Shown here one piece after another: positions 11,280-22,067 of a stretch of 64,000 nt of DNA (positions within the stretch are counted from its first letter, which is position 1; each line of letters starts with the position of its first letter). The position numbers and the translations under genes were made by a program. This stretch comes from Hyphochytrium catenoides. Taxonomy: Eukaryota; Protista; Hyphochytriomycota. Location: the NCBI GenBank assembly GCA_900088475.1, contig FLMG01000355.1, positions 124,001-188,000 on the forward strand, written 5' to 3'. The notes under the pieces were generated by a model. The model was not told the origin of the DNA. It ran no database searches and saw only the letters and a program-made list of their open reading frames with translations.

Positions 11280-13028
11280 ATGCTTCCCGTAGCGAGCGCC
11301 CTTCTTGCAGGGCTACTGTTGGGCTCTTCCATTCCTGCCAATGCCCTGCCAGAAGGTGATGTCCAACGGATCTTCTCCTGGTTAACCGCAGACATTGGTG
11401 AGAAAGGCGCCAGTGGAGTATCTTATTCGTCTCGCTCTGGGCTGCAACTTCCACTTTCCTTCTGGTCCACCCCAGAGTACTTTGGCGAGTACATTTGCAA
11501 GATGCCACAGACCAACTGCAGCGTTCTTGATGTGTACAATCCCAACACCTACGAACTCTTTCCTAGGCCCGGTCAGGGCGGAGACCTCCAGATTGAGAGA
11601 GTTATGACGGTCTCGGGAGTGAACATCTACGATGCAGCTTGCTATCAGATTGCCATGGCCCTAGGAAGTCGTGATAACCCGCAGCTAGCCTCACGCAGCA
11701 CAGCAATTGACAAGTGGCTTTCCAACGGACACTCTGCGGATGAGAGGAACCCGGCCCCCAATAGCAATCGGGCCATTACGCGCTGGGATGGACTCTTTAC
11801 CTATGGAGACACCCGAATCACTGACCCTAAGAAGGCATACGTTTTCCGTTACTGGCCACGGCAATGGCTGCAGTTTGACCCTCTTATCAATACGAAGTAC
11901 GAGTCCTATATCGAGGCCGACCTTCGAGGGGCATCGGATCCTGTGTACCAGCGTGGGAAAATTACTTGGGCAGACTACAAGCCTATCACGGGGGAGAACT
12001 CATGGGGCTTATTGCTTGGCCCAATTCAAGCGCTTTACGTCAGGGAGATCAAATACGGCCAGAAGCGCTGCGTTGACTTCCAAAATGATGCCATTCGCAA
12101 TGCTGTCGGTGTATTGGACGCCGTCCTTGCCATGCAGAGTCCCTATGGCGCAGTCTACTATGCAGTCAAGGGCTCTCTCGGGAACACTGGCGACGCTCCC
12201 GTCAACCCATATGCCGTTTCTGTCGAGAACAACGCCTCTCTTTATGCGGGTCTCGTGGCTCTGCAGAAACTATTAAAGATGCTGAAAGACAACTCCTGTC
12301 CGGCAGATGCAGGACAGCTTAACGCCGCACTAGCCAAGCTTGAGACGCTTGTCACCAACCTTCAGAAGTTCTTTGCCACTTATGCTTGGGATCAGTCTGC
12401 TAATGTTCTCATCACCGGAGGGTTTGCCAATCCGGACAAATGGGTACCCTACAGTCCCGATGACCCAACCAATCCACAAGCTGTGGATGTCGTCACCTGG
12501 GGAATCAGCGCCCTTACTCCTAAGTTCTTTGAGGAGTCCGTCGCCCGCTCTCGGGGGAGTGCCTTTAAGTCGTGGAAGAAGATCAAGGACATTGCTGGTT
12601 ACTATGATAAAGCGTCCAATGCCTTTATGGGTGTTGGATATAGCTCCAAGGATCAAAGGAGCATTCTCAGCGCCGAATGGACGTTTGGGGCCATCAACAT
12701 GCTCCGGTCAGTCGTCAAGTACTACAAGGAGATCGGTGCAAACGAGTATATCGCTGAGATACAGGCTGACATTGAGTCGATGCTTAGCGGGACCGAGGAG
12801 CTTCGTTCAGACCGCTACGGTGGGAGCCAGGCCTTTGTGGACAAGCCTCCAAAGTGGAATGAGCTCCTACCTATGCCCTCCAACCATTTAGCTTACAACT
12901 ACGCATCCAAGCGGTACTTTATCCCCTTCGGCTGGTATGCTAATCCCCTTCCAAGCACCACCTCAACTTCTTGGGCTTTAATGCTCCATTATGAGTTCAA
13001 CCCCTTCACTCTAGGAGGAGCATATTAA
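11280..13028 (+). CDS. Secreted ~580-aa protein of unknown function, tentatively like trypanosomatid Golgi/lysosome glycoprotein and bacterial hypothetical proteins
   Basis: Long intronless ORF with signal peptide MLPVASALLAGLLLGSSIPANA from the ATG at 11280. Motif-like blocks NIYDAACYQIA, KPITGENSWG, SVENNASLYAGL, SAEWTFGAIN, YASKRYFIPFGWYANPLPS. The family link is from memory and unverified. Confidence 0.75.
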   Translation: MLPVASALLAGLLLGSSIPANALPEGDVQRIFSWLTADIGEKGASGVSYSSRSGLQLPLSFWSTPEYFGEYICKMPQTNCSVLDVYNPNTYELFPRPGQGGDLQIERVMTVSGVNIYDAACYQIAMALGSRDNPQLASRSTAIDKWLSNGHSADERNPAPNSNRAITRWDGLFTYGDTRITDPKKAYVFRYWPRQWLQFDPLINTKYESYIEADLRGASDPVYQRGKITWADYKPITGENSWGLLLGPIQALYVREIKYGQKRCVDFQNDAIRNAVGVLDAVLAMQSPYGAVYYAVKGSLGNTGDAPVNPYAVSVENNASLYAGLVALQKLLKMLKDNSCPADAGQLNAALAKLETLVTNLQKFFATYAWDQSANVLITGGFANPDKWVPYSPDDPTNPQAVDVVTWGISALTPKFFEESVARSRGSAFKSWKKIKDIAGYYDKASNAFMGVGYSSKDQRSILSAEWTFGAINMLRSVVKYYKEIGANEYIAEIQADIESMLSGTEELRSDRYGGSQAFVDKPPKWNELLPMPSNHLAYNYASKRYFIPFGWYANPLPSTTSTSWALMLHYEFNPFTLGGAY

Positions 13029-14110
13029 GTAACTTCGCTGGTACAATGTAGCATACAGCATGCACTCTCGCTCTGCTTCTTAGCTCTTTCTAACCCTGAC
13101 CTAATCGATCTGTCTTTATAAGCTCAAAGAAGCTCAGGTCGTAATGAGATAACCGCTGACTAATGACAGTCATTCTTAACGTTGACCTTGACTTTAGATT
13201 TGCATAACCCTCCGGATAAATCCTCAGTAACCTCCATGCGTCCCATGGTCGCAACGGCCACCTCTGAGCCCTTGACCCTCACTGTCATTGGTCGCATGGT
13301 GAGCGGGGCAGCTGGAGACCCATTAGGCGGGCGGCACCTGTACCATGGTTCTATAACGACAGAGTACTTGGCGGGAGAGTGATTAGAAAACAGTAATGAA
13401 GGCTTAGCTATGCGAAAAGATTCCAAGAGTGTGAACAGAAGCATCGAAGAGGTATCGTTAGATCCTATCTTGGTCAAAATGGATGGGCGTGGTTGCACAA
13501 CGCTATCAAAGCTTTACGTTTTTCGCCACTGCTTCAAGTTGTTGCTACTCAGGGCCTACCGCCGTACATCTTTACAAAATAGATCTGCTAAAAGCGATCT
13601 TCATTCTCTCATCTCTCAACCTTCAGGAGCCCTCATCCCCGCTCGTCATCCGATGCTGCTGCAGACAAGAAGCCATGTAAAGGCCTTTATCAGAGAGCCT
13701 ACTACCTTTTCGTGCTCTCTTCAGAATCAGACAGACTTTTCTCAACAAATAACGAAAGGACATTGGAACCGCCTTACTCCTGGAGGTGTTGTGGGCTTGG
13801 CGTGAGAATGATGTTCACAAATCTTCTTGGTTGCACTTCAGAAGCACAGTCCATCAGCCATCATCCTGCTGCTCTGCGCTGTGCTGAGGACATGAGGTGC
13901 GCGAGAGAGAGAGAGACATCAGGTGTTGGCGCCCCACTACCACCAGCAGCAACGACAGAACTAGAGAAGTTTTATCGTGGTTGTCTCAGTAGAGAAAAGG
14001 GAGAGACATGGACATGCAATTTCTTCTTTAAAAAAGAAAGGTCATCGCTGTGAGGATTACGGTGCTTTGCCCAGCTGCACGAGGATATAACATATATAGC
14101 TGTTCGCTTC

Positions 14111-14899
14111 ATGGAGAGGAAGCTGGAGAAGATCGTCTCCAGCTATGTTGGGAAGGAGGTAGTGAGGGCCAGACTGTTGACATGGAAAGGGCGCTTGTCG
14201 GGGCTTAACGTTTCTTTGTTTTTATGTCATTGTGCTGAACGGAACTCGCCAAGTTCGTCGGCTATGTCGTCGGAATACTAGCTGATGCAATTGAAGGTGT
14301 CAGCATCAAACAGCCGGAAGACATTGTGGCGCTTCTCTTGGAATATATGCCAGAGGATGAACATCCTGAAGCCGATGACTTGGAACTTATGGCTGGAAAA
14401 GTATTTATCCAGATCGTCGCACCAACACTAGAGCCATCAGAGACTGAAGGTAGGGCGAACCGCCACTACCGCCCGGTCCAATCCAATATTGACTCTTCTT
14501 TCCCCCTGTTTTGACCCAAGAAGAAGAGGATGAAGTCCCACCTGGGTGCTGTCAACTATGTGAGCGTGGCCCAATGCCTCTGACCCGGCATCATCTCTAT
14601 CCACGCTCCACTCACAAGAGGTACAAGAAGGAGCTTGACCCGCTCTTTCTTAGCACACATGTAGCCATTATATGCCGACTCTGTCACAGGTCTGTTCACT
14701 CAATGCCCATTGTATCCTCAGCTATATCCTTCTAACTCTCCTTCCTAGTGCGGTACATCGAGCTTATGACAACGAGACGCTCGCCAGAGAGTATCATGAA
14801 GTTGAGAGCTTGTTGGAGGACGAGAAGATCCAAAAGTTCTTGAGTTGGGCAAGATCCTTCCCCATCCGCACCAAGAGGCCCCTGCGGCCTGTGAGATAG
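14111..14899 (+). CDS. YisB-like HNH/zinc-binding nuclease-fold protein (4 exons)
   Basis: Spliced model MERKLEKIVSSYVGKE|FVGYVVG...|EEEDEVPPGCCQLCERGPMPLTRHHLYP...ICRLCH|SAVHRAYDNETLAREY...KFLSWA. Introns at 14159-14253, 14450-14520 and ~14690-14748. Confidence 0.75.
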
Positions 14900-15064
14900 T
14901 GAGTCTAGAGCGCGCTGACAGTTACGCTATTGAGTATGGGCATTAAGCTGCCCGCGTACGATGGCAATGTATTAAATAGTGAAGTCAATGAGAGCGCGAG
15001 AAGAGGGACACGAGGAAGGGCTAGGACAAGAGAGAACATGAACAGAAGACCTTCCAGGATTGTA

Positions 15065-16614
15065 CTACTGCTGATCCGCAGATAGCAGGATGTACTCTCT
15101 AGTACTCTCCCCAAACCGTAACATATCTTTTTCCAAGAGCTCAATGTACCGGGAGTGCTCAATGCGCTCACCGTTCAGAAAAGTGCCATTGGTGCTCTCC
15201 AAATCCATGATGTATGGCCTATTCCGGAAAGGAAAGATACATAAGCAAGCGAACGCTGTGACATAGTAGGGAGACTCATGGACGTACCTAACCTCCCGTA
15301 TTTTCTTAATCCCATCCTCGGCAACTGTTTCCTTTAGACGGAACTGCAGTACAGCATGCTGTTTGGAGCAGGATGGATGCTCAACTAGAATGTCGGCAAT
15401 CTGTCCAGCCAGGAGAACTAGTGAGGCTTGTGCCTTTGTCCGAACCTCAAGAGCACCCGCATACCTTCTTCTCTCGTCCTACGAGATAAGCGCTTTGTCG
15501 ATGGACGTGAAGTGTGGCTAGAGCAATCGACCAAAGAGGCGGCGATCGAGGTAGTGTGAGTTTCAGCAGATGTCGTTAGCAGCTTGGGCAAGAGCTTACC
15601 TATCAGCTGTCCTGCCTTGAAGACGTAAAGTCGCCACCGTTTCGTGGGCTGGCGTGCATCAGCTGGCTCAGACCACTTTAACACAATTCCCTTATAAGTA
15701 TTGCCTAGAGCAAGAGCGTCAGTCAGCTTGGACATCTAACTCTGAGATACCGACACTACTTTCTAGACACCCTCCTTATCTATATCTGAAAATGAAAGCC
15801 GGTGAGAGAGCTAAAACGAAGGTAGCATCATCGGGCCCTCGGCGTCTAGACACCCTGCTTTACCTACTGCAAGGCTACGCTATGAACGGTACCTGTTGCA
15901 GAGTCCTTGGCTAGCGCCCCGGAGAGGCCAAAGTTTGGCTTTTCAACCTCTTTCGGTGACTCATCCTTCAATTCTTCTTCCACTTCTTCTTGCTTTCCCC
16001 ATTGTCTGCATTAGTTAAGCCCCAGCCCACAAGAGTACGAGCCGGCAAGGCGTGAGAAGCCATGACAAAGCAACCATCTAATTCATGGCTCGAAAAATGG
16101 TTTGTCCAGACTCTTACATGGGTCCTCCGTGCCCCGAACCTGACACAAGATGCGACAGATCCCTCGCCTTCTTCTGAACGGCTGGCCTGTGACAATGGTA
16201 AACGTCAGTTCCCATGGCAAGCCACTTGGGTCGTCAACATATCCTTACCTCCCTCCCTCTTTCTCGCGCAGACGCTGACCTTAGGAGGAAGAGACCAAAT
16301 GAGAATATGCTTCATCCCATGTAACGTTAGAGCGGGAGCTTACCGTCTCGGTCTCCCTGGGGTGCTGCAGGTTGTCTGGCTTTCTCTGGAGATGAAAGTC
16401 TGGGCTCATCGAACCGTCGTCTTCTCCTCCTGGGCGGACTATGTGACCGTGACCTAAAGGGAGAGGCTTACTTCTCATCGTCATCGCCTCATTAAGTGGA
16501 ATATTTCCCAACCAACCTTCTTCCTTGAGCCCTCTCAGGTGACCCTCTATTTCTATCTCGACTCCTAGATCGTCGACTCCTACTGCGGGACCTAGATCTG
16601 CTTCTTGAGCCCAT
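15065..16614 (-). CDS. SNIP1: FHA-domain splicing factor SNIP1/Pml1/DAWDLE-like (multi-exon)
   Basis: RS-rich N-terminus MGSRSRSRSRSRSRR; KPNFGLSGAL; LKWSEPADARQPTKRWRLYVFK; FHA residues HPSCSKQHAVLQFR and PYIMDLESTNGTFLNG; ends FGESTREYILLSADQQ*. Confidence 0.9.
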
Positions 16615-17346
16615 AGCTATAACGCCAAAAGGCCTTGCTCTATTAACCTTGCTCTATTAACTTAAAGTCAGGGAAGCGGCCAGAGCTCCCAGACCTCCTA
16701 TACCCTCCCTTCAGACGGATGCCGCTAATCTCTGAGCTTTCTCTTACTGAGCTCCTAACAAAGCCGCTGTGATACTCGGTGGCAGATACCGATAATACTT
16801 CTACGAGCCCTGCTCTCAGTCTCATTGACGTTGAGGAAGCTTTGAGCCTTGAGGATGACCGATCAGCGGCACCTCTCATGAGAAAAGGCGAACATCAAGG
16901 CACAGATCACAAATCCCCCAGTTGCGCACTTCGAAAGCTTGCCCACCGTTACTCCGGGAGGATTTCTGCAGTCAGACCGGGGGGATGTCTGTAAGGCCTT
17001 GGCCTCTCTTGAGAATTGAGAACATTTCTCAGTGATTGGTTTCCTGTTGCTCATTGTTCTGATCAATGTGCAGACTGTTGATGTGATGATGATGAATTGG
17101 CAGGGCACATCGAAGGAGACCGGAGATGAGAGCTGCTAGGGCACAAGGCAAGAGGCAGGACACGGTAGACAGAAAGAGGAAGACTTGAAGCGGAAGCTGA
17201 CCCAGTTGAGTGTATAAGCAGTGCAAGGCCTCACGGTTTTGCCTTTTGCTTGCTGAGAACAGAGGCAGGATTACCAGGGGTGTCGAAGGCAGGCGGTGTC
17301 AGCTCTACCAAGTTCACCAGGAACTATTGACACTATTAGAGGAGCT

Positions 17347-18750
17347 ATGGCTGCCAGTGGTAGCGGCTCTAGCAGTGAGGAGGAGCTAGAAAGCCAAAGA
17401 AGCGATCTAAAGGAGGATTGGTCAAGCTCCAGCGATTCAGAGGAAGAGCAGTTCGACAGTTCTAAAACAAAGGGCAGGGGAGATGAAAGAAGAATAGTCA
17501 AAGGATCTGGAGGCACCTCCGATGAAAGCGACTCGGATGCTGGCGTCTCAAGCTCCAACAGCAAGTAAGAGTAGAAGCTTGGCGGCTGTGTGAACTAATA
17601 TCCTAACGACGATATCCCGTTTACCAGTGAGGAAGAAGAGGATGATGACGAAGAGGACGTGAAAGACCTGACAATGGAAGAGAGAATGCAAAGGCAGAGC
17701 GCTGGACAGCAGGAAGCTGCCCTCCTGGGCACTAGGAGCCGGCTGAAGAGGAGTGAAAGGGGCTATGTTGTCGCTAAGAGGGAGAACAAGAACAGACCAA
17801 CAGAGCTCAGTAGTAAGAAGCCCGTCTCACGTCTGAGGCAAGTCGTTAGTGTACCCAAGGTGGTACGACGAGGTAATGTTAGGCGCCATAATCCTAGCCA
17901 ACTTCTTCCTATCCTCCATTCACTGTCATTTCGACCTTGCTTCTTCTCTCCTTACTTCTTCTCCCGTTCCACTCTGGTCTGTCTATGCTTTCCTTGCACG
18001 ATATTATACCGTGTAATGTTCTGCGTGATGCTTGTAGATCCACGATTTGACAGCCTTAGTGGGAAGTTCAATGAAGACCTGTTTCAGAAGGCTTACTCTT
18101 TTTTGGATGAATACAGAGTAAGAGCTGCGCCCCGTTGCTGGCTTTCAGACCATCCATAGATGTATGCTCCATTCACTACTCCATAGTATGCGCTGGCCGC
18201 CCACGCTCCGTCCTCCTTGCTCAGCTTGTCTCGACCGTATGGCAAACACTAACTGCGTGGCTTCTCAGGATAACGAAATAGAGGAGATAAAGCGAGAGCT
18301 CAAGAAACAAAAGAACTCGGAAAAAGCTAAGGAGCTTCAGGTTCATGTGCCACGAATAGCAAGTAGCAACTATTTTAGGTGCTCACATTGAGAGTTCTGT
18401 ACACAGGGGCTCCTGACCTCCCTTCAGCAAAAGAGAACGTCCGATAAGAAGAAGCGTGAGCTTAAGTCGGCGCTGCAAAAGAGAAAGCGAGAAGAAAGAG
18501 AAGCAGTCAAGGCGGGCAAGACGCCATTTTACTTAGCGGTGAGCTTCCTCCCTTCCTCTAGGCTGGTGTGACTATCTAATTGGGCTCACTTTCTTGCGGG
18601 TATTTTCAGGAAAGAGGAAGGAAGAAGCTAGAGCTAGAACAGCGGTTTAAAGAACTGGAAGGCAGCGGCCAATTGGAGAAGTACATTCAAAAGAAGCGTC
18701 GGAAGAATGCCAACAAAGACCATCGTTGGCTCCCTACAAACAGACGCTAG
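17347..18750 (+). CDS. RRP36: rRNA biogenesis protein RRP36 (multi-exon)
   Basis: Acidic N-terminus; KRENKNRPTELSSKKPVSRLR; DPRFDSLSGKFNEDLFQKAYSFLDEY; AGKTPFYL; LEKYIQKKRRKNANKD. Confidence 0.92.
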
Positions 18751-18846
18751 GCTAGGTCGGACAAGACGCGATTGTTTTCTGAGAGTTTTTCATCGCTATA
18801 TTATCTGATGGCCCGTGCTGATTGAGTATATGAAGACGCGTGAGGC

Positions 18847-20910
18847 TTATGGTTCAGACGATCTTAGCTCTGCGAAATGGCCCCCCTTGCGATAAGCATG
18901 CAGGAACTCGAATGCCTCGACCTCCATACTCGTTGGCGCGATCTGCATAAAGTGCATAGGTCAAAGGCTGATTGAGATAGCGGCGTTGCGTTACACCGTG
19001 TTGCACGTACATTGATGCTACGGAGCGTCAGGGCGTCAGGATTGGTCTGGACCTGGTCTAGAACCATCATTTTAACCTGCAAGCAAGATTTGAAGATTTT
19101 AAAGTGAGTAGTAGCCATTAAGCTCCATCTACTGCTCCTCTTTGTGAAGTAGATACTGCCTCTTCATTTGGACAATAAACCTACCATGTCATCGTAAGAA
19201 CTGGGTTGGGCAACATGTTCAATACTTTGCCAGCAGCAACACCAAGAGAGAGTGGTACATCCACAAAGTTTGGGTTCACACCAATCATTTCGCACACCAG
19301 CTCCATAACCTCTTTATAGGTGTAGGCTTCCTCGCCAAGGAACTCAAAGTCCATGCCCCGGAATCGGTCATCCTAAGACAGATGCGGCGCCATCGATCAG
19401 CTTTTTACCGCCCGACGTGGCGTAGAGTCCCAACCACCTACCGTGGCTATGTCAAAGATCCCGTCAGCCACATCCTCGCAGAAGACCGGTTGTACCATTG
19501 TCTGGCCACCTTCGAAGAGCGGAAGACGATGAAGATTCTTGGCCGCTCTAGCAATCCTACAATCAGACGAAGTACAATCAGTCCAGCGCCTGCCAGTGTG
19601 ACAGGAAGACAGGGCTAGGTCGCACAGCGTAACAGGCAGTCTTACTTGTTCAAGAAGCGATCGTTACGGCCAAAGATGGAAGCCGAGCGCACAATGTTGG
19701 CCTCCGGGAAAACTTCTTTCACTGCCCTTTCACCTTCGAACTGTTTACAATTGAGAATGTGTCCAGTCGTTTAACATTAACACCCATGTTGCCTAGTGCA
19801 ATTATCCACTTACCTTTGTACGTGCCCACTTGCACGGGGAGTTAGGGTCGGCCAGAACCGATGAAATCTGGACAAATCTCTTCACCCCCTAAAGGGCACG
19901 ATGAGGTCTTAGAAATAAAACCGCAATGGGCACATGACTTCCAGTTTGAGTGCCGCTATCGGCGGGGATAGAGCAGTGGACAACATAATGGGTAACATGC
20001 GACAGATAGGTTGTCACTGCTTTCTAAGTTATGGAGGGAAGGGTGAGGGAAGGATCCGGAATCTGGACTTTACCTCTTCCTTGCACACTCGTGCAATCTC
20101 ACGTGCCCCCTTCACATGGGCTTCCTCGAAGCTATAGTTTGTCCACCAGGGAAGAATGTGCTTGGTCTCATAGTGCTGTTGGGACTCAGCCTCAGCAACC
20201 AATAATCAAGAGGCAGAAGGTACCATAGAGTTTACCTTTCCTATCAGGTTGACAACCACATCAGATTGTCGAACGGCGGCGCGGATAGAGTTGCTATCTC
20301 TTATACTAAAGGGGATTGGAGCACTGTTGCCCACAGCAGAGGACACCTTTAGATGCCTAACCTCCATATCATCTCCCCGGTAGGGAAAGATCATGGTAGA
20401 CCCACATTCAGCTTTGTGTAGAGAGATCAAAGGAATCAAGGTTGGGAGGGTCATTCTTCGCGATTTGAGGATATTAGGGCGCACTATCCGTCTTACCGAA
20501 CTTGCTATTCACCAAGTTGCCCAGAAAGCCCGTGCATCCAAAGACGGTCACAGTTAGACCTGACAGAGATGATAAGGTACTATCTCAACAAGAGAGATCC
20601 ATGAGAAAGAATATGGCCATCACCTGATACAGACGATCTTCCCCCTGGTCCCTGGAGTGAAAGGAGTCCCTCAGGAATCCATTTGGCACCCTCGATTAGC
20701 TGTCTAGTTCGTACCATCTTGCCTTGACCGACTAGATGCTCAAAATAAATAGACAGCTAGTTACGATTGGCTTAGCCCACGACGGAGGCAAGCAAATCGT
20801 AGATCTATTAGTCAAAGGTGTACTGTCAGGTCCAAGCAAGAAGCTTGAGATCTCTAGAAACCCCTGTTACCTTCAGTCAGAGCCCCGAAAGCATAGCCCG
20901 TTGTAGATCC
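18847..20910 (-). CDS. NDUFA9: Complex I 39-kDa subunit NDUFA9 (multi-exon; 5' end not resolved)
   Basis: [52 protein letters not shown]; C-terminus [20 protein letters not shown]. Confidence 0.92.
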
Positions 20911-22067
20911 TCAATCCTCAATGTAAAGCTTGACTCTGAACTCTGTTTGCTGGCGCCGACAGAGGTTTACCGACCGAGAACCAATTCCGGAGCTGACTAT
21001 GAATAAAATAAGGATTAGCTTCTTGAGATTGTTTGATAGGCAAGAGCAGATTCTTACACTGTGAGCTCTATACCTTACTTGGACTATTAGGCGATTGAGC
21101 GCACTTTTCTCACTATCTCCGCTTATTCATCGATAATCACAGCATGGTAATCTCTCTTAGTCTACTCCATTCAGCCTCTGTTCTGTTGCAGAGAACACAG
21201 AGCTGCTCTTCAATCTTCAATCTTCATGCACTCAATCATCAGCGCTGCAGCAGAAGAGAATGATACAAGGATCATCATCATAGCAATGGGCATTGTTGAA
21301 GCTGTCTCATCAGCACCTCGTCCATCGAACAGGTAGAGGGAAGCTGGACGAAAATGTTGAGCTGCAGGTTGAGAAAGACAAGCTTTTACGGAGGATGTGA
21401 GGGCTTCACACCTACCTTTGTGGCGGTTGCCCACGACGAAGATTCATTTGCCCGCCGTCCTTTGCCCGCAAGTTCCCTCTTTGAAGAAAGAGCACTTGAA
21501 AGATCCAGCAGCATCGATGGAAGGGACTTCATGCTTATAATATGTGCCCAACAGAGAAACGGGTGCAACTCATATCTGAAGAGCTATGTAAGGCTTTCCG
21601 CTATCCCTTGTGTCATGAACAGAAGGAGCTGTTACACGGTGCTTTTGGGAATATGCAGCAGTATACCTTGGGAACTGCCCACGTAGAGTTCTGTTATTGG
21701 CGGGCATAGCTTTATTCATCGATTTGCGGTGGTAAGGAACCTAGATCCTCTCATGTTGCTAGGTTCAGATTTGTACAATATCCTGGTACTTGCAGTGGAG
21801 ATGATTCCTTCCGACACTTTGACAGTCCTTACAGATCTGCCCGGCGATGAGGAGTTAACCTGCTCTGAGTAGCTGTGGTAGCTTAGAGTGGGGTGACACA
21901 ATGGTTTAATGACTGCGGCTTTGTATCTACCCGCTTAGAGCCGTGTCTTCCTCAGACAGGTGGTCTTAGAATAAATAATAGGCACACATTGACAGCTTCA
22001 AGTCGGGCCTTCTATGGTATCTGGAAGTCAGCCATGGCAGCTTTCCTTCACAGCCTTCTACTAAGTC

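Noticed and set aside
14511-14899. HNH motif as a homing endonuclease or mobile element
   Set aside because: It is encoded by an ordinary spliced gene, with no flanking repeats or host intron/intein.
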